A DNA stretch of 32,000 nucleotides from Candidatus Calditenuaceae archaeon HR02 (lineage in GTDB: Archaea > Thermoproteota > Nitrososphaeria_A > Caldarchaeales > Calditenuaceae). Made by a program: the position numbers and the translations under genes. The stretch lies in assembly GCA_002898395.1 (NCBI GenBank), contig BEHE01000003.1:87519-119518 (forward strand), read 5' to 3'. The notes beneath the pieces are model-generated. The model did no database searches. It was not told where the DNA came from and worked only from the letters and a program-made list of their open reading frames with translations. This document shows, piece after piece, positions 27,343 through 32,000 of the stretch (positions are counted from its first letter, which is position 1; every line of letters starts with the position of its first letter).

Positions 27343-27711
27343 GTGGAGAAACATAAACCAGGTCCTCGACAGGTATCGAGAGGGCGCGGCGCAAATATAT
27401 TTGAAACCATCGAGAGGATTGATTTTGTAGAGGGGTTCGGCGAAATTATACGCTCTGCACGGGAGAAGCTGGGCCTTACCCAAGAGGAACTGGCCAGCCT
27501 AGTCCACGAGAAGGTCTCCGTAATAAAGAAGATTGAGGCCGGCTCGTTCAGACCGCCCATAGAACTGGCGCGGAACATAGAGAAGGTTCTCAAGATCCGG
27601 ATCGTAAGGGAGCTGAGGGACGAGGACATACACATCGCCCCACCCAAGACATTGAGGCGAGGTGTGACACTGGGCGACCTACTGTCCACTAAGACTGAGG
27701 AGAAGGAGTAG
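27343..27711 (+). CDS. mbf1: multiprotein bridging factor 1 homolog (HTH_3/XRE domain) lacking the N-terminal zinc ribbon
   Basis: IIRSAREKLGLTQEELASLVHEKVSVIKKIEAGSFRPPIELARNIEKVLKIRI is the aMBF1 cro/C1-type HTH. TTTATATT at 27313-27320 places the TSS at about the GTG, so the mRNA is probably leaderless. Confidence 0.75.
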   Translation: MEKHKPGPRQVSRGRGANIFETIERIDFVEGFGEIIRSAREKLGLTQEELASLVHEKVSVIKKIEAGSFRPPIELARNIEKVLKIRIVRELRDEDIHIAPPKTLRRGVTLGDLLSTKTEEKE

Positions 27712-27850
27712 CCAGCTCTATTCTGTTGGTTTAGCGTGCCCTGTTAGGTAACAGGTTAAATACTCTGATGGAAAACTCCATACCGGGGTTAGGGAAGGGT
27801 GATGTGACTCGCAGCTCGGCGAAAGAAGGGTCGCGATAGTACATAGATTT

Positions 27851-29083
27851 TTGGATGACGAGGAGCCTAACTTGGAGGAGCTGGCAGAGCTCTGCGAAAC
27901 AGCTGGGTACGAGGTCGTCTACGAGCTATCCCAGAAACGGCATCCCCACAGCCAGTACAATATCGGGCCCAGCAAAGTGAAGGAGCTTTCTGAGGCGGTA
28001 AAAAGGCTAGGCATAGAGAAGGTCATCTTCGAGAACGAGCTGAAGCCTGTGCAAGAGTACAATTTAGCCAAGGCTCTCGGCGTCGAGGTTATTGACAGGA
28101 TTCGGCTGATCTTGGAGATCTTTACCCTTCACGCCTCGAGCCTAGAAGCTAAACTCCAGATAAAGCTTGCGGAGCTGAGGTACGAGCTTCCGAGGGCTAA
28201 GGAGAAGGTTAGGCTTGCGAAGAGGGGGGAGCAGCCAGGATTCCACGGACTAGGCGCCTACGAGGCCGACATATACTACGAGGAGATCAGTAGGAGGATA
28301 CAGAAGCTACAGGAGAAGCTTGATGAGATAAAGATGAAGAAGACCATCTCCATCATGCGCAGCAGGCTTGACGGCACACCCTCGATTGCACTCGCAGGGT
28401 ACACGAACTCTGGTAAATCAACGCTCTTCAAGAGACTTACAGGCTACCCCGCCGCGATATCAAGTAAACTCTTCACAACCCTCTCGACCAAGAAACGAGT
28501 CGCAAGGATCATGGGGAAGCCTGTATATGTCTCGGATACTGTTGGTTTTATAAAGAATGTCCCAGCCATGCTCGTCTCAGCCTTTATGTCTACTTTGATG
28601 GAGGTTGTTGAGTCTGACCTAGTTTTACTACTGGTGGATGGTTCCCTTCCTCTACAAGAGGTAAAGCTACGTCTCAATGTCGCTCTCTCCACGCTGAGGC
28701 AGATAGGCGTAGTTAACAAGCCAATCGTGCTTGTGTTTAATAAGGCGGACCTCATTCCGCCTGAGAAGCAGGAGAAACTTATCGAGATGGTGGATAATGC
28801 CTATCCTGCAGTGGTCATATCTGCTAAGACAGGCGAGAATCTAGACCTCCTTGAGAAGACCATAGACTCTATGCTCTCAGGATTCGTCACATTCACTGCT
28901 AGGATTCCAATAATGGAGGCAAGCCCGCAGCTCATAACGCGGCTCCGCCAGAAGGGCCGCGTAGAGCTAATGGAGTATCGAGATGGATTTTTAGAAATCA
29001 AGGCGACAACGCCGGCTCAGCTCGCCGAGAGGGTGCGGGCCCTCACCTATAACGGTGGAAGCTTCATTCTAGGCGAGACTTAA
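27851..29083 (+). CDS. hflX: GTPase HflX
   Basis: The HflX N-domain blocks are YNIGPSKVKEL and IDRIRLILEIFTLHASSLEAKLQIKLAELRYELPR. The G-domain has GYTNSGKSTLF (G1), DTVGF (G3) and NKAD (G4). The N-terminus is uncertain (see findings). Confidence 0.9.
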   Translation: MDDEEPNLEELAELCETAGYEVVYELSQKRHPHSQYNIGPSKVKELSEAVKRLGIEKVIFENELKPVQEYNLAKALGVEVIDRIRLILEIFTLHASSLEAKLQIKLAELRYELPRAKEKVRLAKRGEQPGFHGLGAYEADIYYEEISRRIQKLQEKLDEIKMKKTISIMRSRLDGTPSIALAGYTNSGKSTLFKRLTGYPAAISSKLFTTLSTKKRVARIMGKPVYVSDTVGFIKNVPAMLVSAFMSTLMEVVESDLVLLLVDGSLPLQEVKLRLNVALSTLRQIGVVNKPIVLVFNKADLIPPEKQEKLIEMVDNAYPAVVISAKTGENLDLLEKTIDSMLSGFVTFTARIPIMEASPQLITRLRQKGRVELMEYRDGFLEIKATTPAQLAERVRALTYNGGSFILGET

Positions 29084-29255
29084 TATACGTGGATAGCGCA
29101 TCTTAAGCTGATGCTTAGGCGGGACGACTTAGGCCCCAGAGGTTTTCAGAGCCCTGGCATAATAATGCCCTCAGACATAGAGAGGCTTGTCCGAGAGGTA
29201 ATGCTACTCAAGGAGGAAGTAAGAAAGATAAGAAAGGCCCTTGAGGAGCATGGCA

Positions 29256-29801
29256 TCAAAGTAGAGTAGGAAGGTCACTGTAGACTGCCATTATCAGGCG
29301 GACCAGCCTCCTCGTCAACTTATCCAAAGCTGCAACCTCGGCTCTGCATTTTGCTTTAGCCTCTGTCAATCTCTGCTGGGCATTTGGAGTACGACGGGTG
29401 GTACCTGGCTTGAGTATAGGGTTTACGGGAACCCTGAAAAATCTGCATACTTCGTAGAGGCTGGAGGCACTTACGCCCAAGCGGCTTGAAACCAGGCTGT
29501 AGAGGTCTATGTGCCTCGCGGCGAATAGTGGTGAAGGGTCTATCCCGTAAACCAGCATCTTGGCGGTGAGGAATGACATGCTCTTGACCTCACCCTCCCA
29601 GCTAATGTAAATGTGGCTCCTCCTTAACACCTGCTCAAGGGAGGCTAGGGCTACCTTCTCTCCCGCTAGATTCTTAATAACTCTAATCCTCTCTTTCTCG
29701 CCTAAGAGTTCTTTATATCCGATGCATAGAAGCCGGCCTTTGTCGGGGTGTGGGTCAGTCGTCTCAATTGCCAATATGAGGGTCGTCGGCCTCAGCTTCA
29801 T
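29256..29801 (-). CDS. RNase H-fold / PolB-exonuclease-like domain protein with substituted first catalytic Asp
   Basis: LILAIETTD aligns with the (f)DIET Exo I motif. ...ISWEGEVKSMSFL sits where the yNG..FD block is expected, and RHIDLYSL matches the H.DL block of predicted PolB-exo-like exonucleases. A basic helical C-terminal tail follows. Own TATA-like TTAAAT ~35 nt upstream. The assignment is tentative. Confidence 0.4.
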   Translation of the reverse strand: MKLRPTTLILAIETTDPHPDKGRLLCIGYKELLGEKERIRVIKNLAGEKVALASLEQVLRRSHIYISWEGEVKSMSFLTAKMLVYGIDPSPLFAARHIDLYSLVSSRLGVSASSLYEVCRFFRVPVNPILKPGTTRRTPNAQQRLTEAKAKCRAEVAALDKLTRRLVRLIMAVYSDLPTLL

Positions 29802-29871
29802 CTCCCAAGCTTGTTGAATCCACGTTAAGATTTAATCTATGTTACTGTTCTCACTTTAACATATTGGAAAC

Positions 29872-29888
29872 ACAAAACTAAGAAAAAT
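29872..29888 (-). terminator. oligo-T tracts (minus strand CATTTTTCTTAGTTTTG) downstream of the hairpin
   Basis: T5 and T4 runs on the minus strand follow a C-rich block. Archaeal termination commonly uses oligo-T. Confidence 0.3.
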
Positions 29889-29946
29889 GGGGGAGGGGGT
29901 TAGCCGGCGGACAACCAGCCCATCAACATCTAGGAAACCCAAACGA

Positions 29947-30016
29947 GGCCGGTTGTTTATGTGTTTGACATGACTGGCGAAAATGCCAGTCCGTTTATGT
30001 TAAAGACATACCGGCC
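29947..30016 (-). other. 70-nt extended hairpin in the 3' flank of the recombinase-like gene
   Basis: Hand pairing gives three stems. GGCCGGT (29947-53) pairs with ACCGGCC (30010-16). ATGTGTTTGACAT (29959-71) pairs with ATGTTAAAGACAT (29997-30009) at 12/13 positions including one G-U. GACTGGC (29972-78) pairs with GCCAGTC (29985-91), closing the loop GAAAAT. There are two 5-nt bulges. The hairpin starts 10 nt from the stop at 30026-28. Confidence 0.6.
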
Positions 30017-30025
30017 CCTTGGGTT

Positions 30026-30870
30026 TTATCCCTGTTGCTGGGCCGGTATGCCCGCCGGCCTCTGGGTCGCCCCTCGAAACATTAGCCAGACTCCCATCAA
30101 CACATCCCCCTTCTCTCTTGCTCTCGACTTATATTTACTAATTACCGCTATCGTAAGTCTTACTAATGCTTTTCGCGCCTCACGGCCATACCTCTTACTA
30201 TTCGACCGTTCTCGATACAGCTTCAAGTATCCTCGAACCCTCCCGAATGACTTACTAAAGTCAACATATGTCAATAGCTCAGCTAGAGAGGCTCTAGCCA
30301 ATACATGGTTATCCCCTGTTATTCCGAGCTCTTCAGCAATTTCTTTGAAGATTGGGTATCTCTCCCCGGCCTCCTCTGAGATCATCTTCGCCAGTATCTC
30401 TTTCTCCGCCTCTGCCTGTCTTAACAGCCTCCTCAAACCCTCTTGTTCAGTCTGAGAAGCCGCCCTGAGCTGGTTTTCCAGCCTCCGCTTAATTCTATCC
30501 ATGCATCTGAAGACAGAAATCTTCCTCCTCATTATGAGGAAGCCTTCATCCACCCTTCTGAACCACTTATCCTCGATATGCATTAACACTTTCACATCAC
30601 CTCGCCCAGACTTTGGAATACCCAGTCTTCGCCGCATCTCCTCTATCAGTGTTAGGCGTCTGAGGCAGTATACCTCGACACCCCTCCTAAGAAGCCCAAT
30701 AAAACCATCCGTGTGGACTACTGGTATAACATCCACGAATAGCTGGTCTCTAGGGCCCGCCGGAATCTCCGTTGGAGAATTAACGTGTCTAAAGTTTCAC
30801 CATCCATTGTATAGGTTATCCTGTAGCCTGAGTCATCCTTTTTCCTGTGGACGTCACAGTAGAACCTCAT
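30026..30870 (-). pseudogene. IS110-family-like (RuvC-like DEDD N-domain + Tnp C-domain) recombinase, split by a frameshift
   Basis: The track ORF 30026..30736 contains PKSGRGDVKVLMHI (cf. KTD..DA..LA), a coiled-coil middle part, and LGITGDNHVLARASLAELLTYVDFSKSFGRVRGYLKLYRERSNSKRYGREARKALVRL (cf. iPGiG...a..llaeig...rF.s...l.aY.GL.P...SG...lR.al). A 50-codon ORF 30718..30870 in another frame encodes MRFYCDVHRKKDDSGYRITYT... (cf. GiDv.k N-terminal strand) and overlaps by 19 nt. Confidence 0.5.
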
Positions 30871-30871
30871 T

Positions 30872-31573
30872 CTATACCACCTTCCTGAATGCTAGGACGT
30901 ATTCGTGCCATAGGTCGTGGCTGTGCCCCTTTACCGTATGGTATCTAGCTAGGCCGCTGTTGGATAGCTTGAACCTCAATGTCTCTACGTGTTTAAACCC
31001 GACAATCTCTGCCAGCTCTATTGTCAGGCCTACAAAGTCTCTCGATAGCCTGTGAAGCTTGTTGCTCCTAAAGTTCTTTAGGACTATTACTGCTAGGTCT
31101 CTATTATTGCTGGTTCTGCTTAGGCAGAGGTACATCGAGGCCAGTATCCCTAGCCACGCCGCCCTTAGGTGTCTCCCAATCATCAGTGCCAGATTCCCTC
31201 CACTGGTTATGACTAGTTTCTCAAGCCTTGGCCTGAACTCGCTGTTCACCAGCAGGCCGTATGGCGGTGAAGTTATTATGACCCTCCGCCTATCACCGTT
31301 GAGCCGTCCCCTAGGCCTTATAGCCCCATATAGACATGCCGCATTCATGCTGTAGGCGTCTAGTAGTGTGCTGTGGTTTGTCACGGCAATCATCTCTCCC
31401 AAGAGCTCTTCAACAATCTTGGCATACGTCGGCTCGACATCGTTGACTATTAGATGGTTGTTGTTTGTGAGTCTGCAGGCTATGGCGGGGATAAATCTAG
31501 GCCCCCAAAATGTGGGGAGTACCCCCCTACCCCGGCCATAGGGTCTATAACAACATCTCCAACCCCAACACAT
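30872..31573 (-). CDS. SPPY-motif methyltransferase-like protein (N6-A/N4-C DNA or N2-G RNA MTase fold), SAM glycine loop not evident
   Basis: RRVIITSPPYG matches catalytic motif IV, (D/N/S)PPY. The C-terminal WHEYVLAFRK resembles the hE.il.f.K block of N6_N4 MTases. Where motif I (D.f.GsGt) is expected upstream, the sequence is LIVNDVEPTYAKI. Its stop is separated by 1 nt from the ATG at 30870. Confidence 0.45.
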   Translation of the reverse strand: MCWGWRCCYRPYGRGRGVLPTFWGPRFIPAIACRLTNNNHLIVNDVEPTYAKIVEELLGEMIAVTNHSTLLDAYSMNAACLYGAIRPRGRLNGDRRRVIITSPPYGLLVNSEFRPRLEKLVITSGGNLALMIGRHLRAAWLGILASMYLCLSRTSNNRDLAVIVLKNFRSNKLHRLSRDFVGLTIELAEIVGFKHVETLRFKLSNSGLARYHTVKGHSHDLWHEYVLAFRKVV

Positions 31574-31670
31574 CTCCCCCAGAGATAGACAGCTAGATGC
31601 TAAACCCTAGCAGCTTTAGTGGAAGACTTTTACTTGTAGATATGACGTTACTGCTGGCTTCAGGCTTAGG

Positions 31671-31985
31671 ATGCCTGTGAGCAAGAAGTATCTACTCCAG
31701 CCAGAGCTACTTGTCGGGGAGAAGCTCATACGTATCGATTTATGGATTGAGGAAGGGATACCTTGTATATCGTATAGGCCTGGGGAGAAGGCAAATAATC
31801 CACTACCAAACATCCACCCCAACTATAGGGCTGGTGATGGCTACTGCCCCAGATGCATGGTCAGCTGGGAGAGACCCATAGGTGATAAGTGCCTATACTG
31901 TGGAACAAAGCTCAGGAGGAGGTCAAGAAAGATAAATAACGGTGAGAAGAAATACATAAACCCAGAAATAGAGGATCTGGAATAG
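31671..31985 (+). CDS. small zinc-ribbon protein with basic tail, unknown function
   Basis: CPRC-x14-CLYCG is followed by KLRRRSRK. It is divergent from the methyltransferase-like gene. No family was recognised. Confidence 0.4.
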   Translation: MPVSKKYLLQPELLVGEKLIRIDLWIEEGIPCISYRPGEKANNPLPNIHPNYRAGDGYCPRCMVSWERPIGDKCLYCGTKLRRRSRKINNGEKKYINPEIEDLE

Positions 31986-32000
31986 TTAAGGCCTAAGACG

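Noticed and set aside
27735-27755. Short hairpin CCTGTT-AGGT-AACAGG after mbf1
   Set aside because: It has only 6 bp and is not followed by a clear oligo-T tract. It may be fortuitous, so it is not reported as a terminator.
27790-27870. Possible C/D-box sRNA (GTGATGT ... GGATGA)
   Set aside because: The boxes are imperfect, no CTGA D or D' boxes occur at the right spacing, and the region is better explained as the hflX 5' end.
29961-30455. 164-aa plus-strand ORF
   Set aside because: It starts inside the 70-nt hairpin and runs antisense to the recombinase-like gene. Its S/L/P-rich low-complexity product contrasts with the K/R/E-rich, motif-bearing minus-strand product.
30501-31355. Plus-strand ORFs of 184 and 98 aa
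   Set aside because: They are antisense to the recombinase N-terminal piece and the methyltransferase-like gene (SPPYG motif on the minus strand). The products are S/L/T/R-rich.
1-32000. Search by eye for CRISPR arrays, tRNA genes and rRNA genes
   Set aside because: No regularly spaced direct repeats were found. No intergenic segment shows a tRNA cloverleaf signature (no GGTTCGAATCC-like T-arm), and there is no rRNA-like conserved tract. Absence by eye is not proof; tRNAscan-SE and CRISPR finders should confirm it.

Overview
Archaeal chromosomal segment, crenarchaeal/TACK hyperthermophile-like. Evidence for this: a ~320-nt SRP (7S) RNA, an Sm-L37e operon, GINS, aMBF1, type-2 MetAP, and TATA-like boxes ~25-30 nt upstream of many start codons, suggesting mostly leaderless mRNAs. 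Most of the window is densely packed housekeeping: GINS (partial), trpS, SRP RNA, grpE, rlmE, a GH51 arabinofuranosidase, a complete pstSCAB-phoU operon with a divergent AbrB-PhoU regulator, an OCD-family dehydrogenase, Sm + L37e, aconitase, moaB, a thrC-like gene followed by a MoaD/ThiS-like GG-terminated protein, pdxS, a membrane-fused spermidine-synthase-like gene coupled to map, a glycosyltransferase trio with a small wHTH gene, mbf1 and hflX. Four stretches look accessory or decayed. (1) 1.56-3.07 kb is an AT-richer two-gene islet: a Tat-signal SagB-type flavoprotein plus a His-x13-His membrane protein. (2) 20.7-21.2 kb holds a decayed carbon-nitrogen hydrolase remnant. (3) 23.8-27.3 kb holds the GT cluster with a truncated N-half paralog and mirrored palindromic promoter boxes. 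(4) 29.2-32.0 kb is an AT-richer islet running into the window edge. It contains an RNase H/PolB-exo-like protein with a substituted catalytic Asp, a frameshifted IS110-like recombinase followed by a 70-nt extended hairpin, a tightly coupled SPPY-motif methyltransferase-like gene lacking an obvious SAM loop, and a basic zinc-ribbon protein. No CRISPR array, rRNA or tRNA was recognised. All family assignments come from motif recognition by eye, with no database search.
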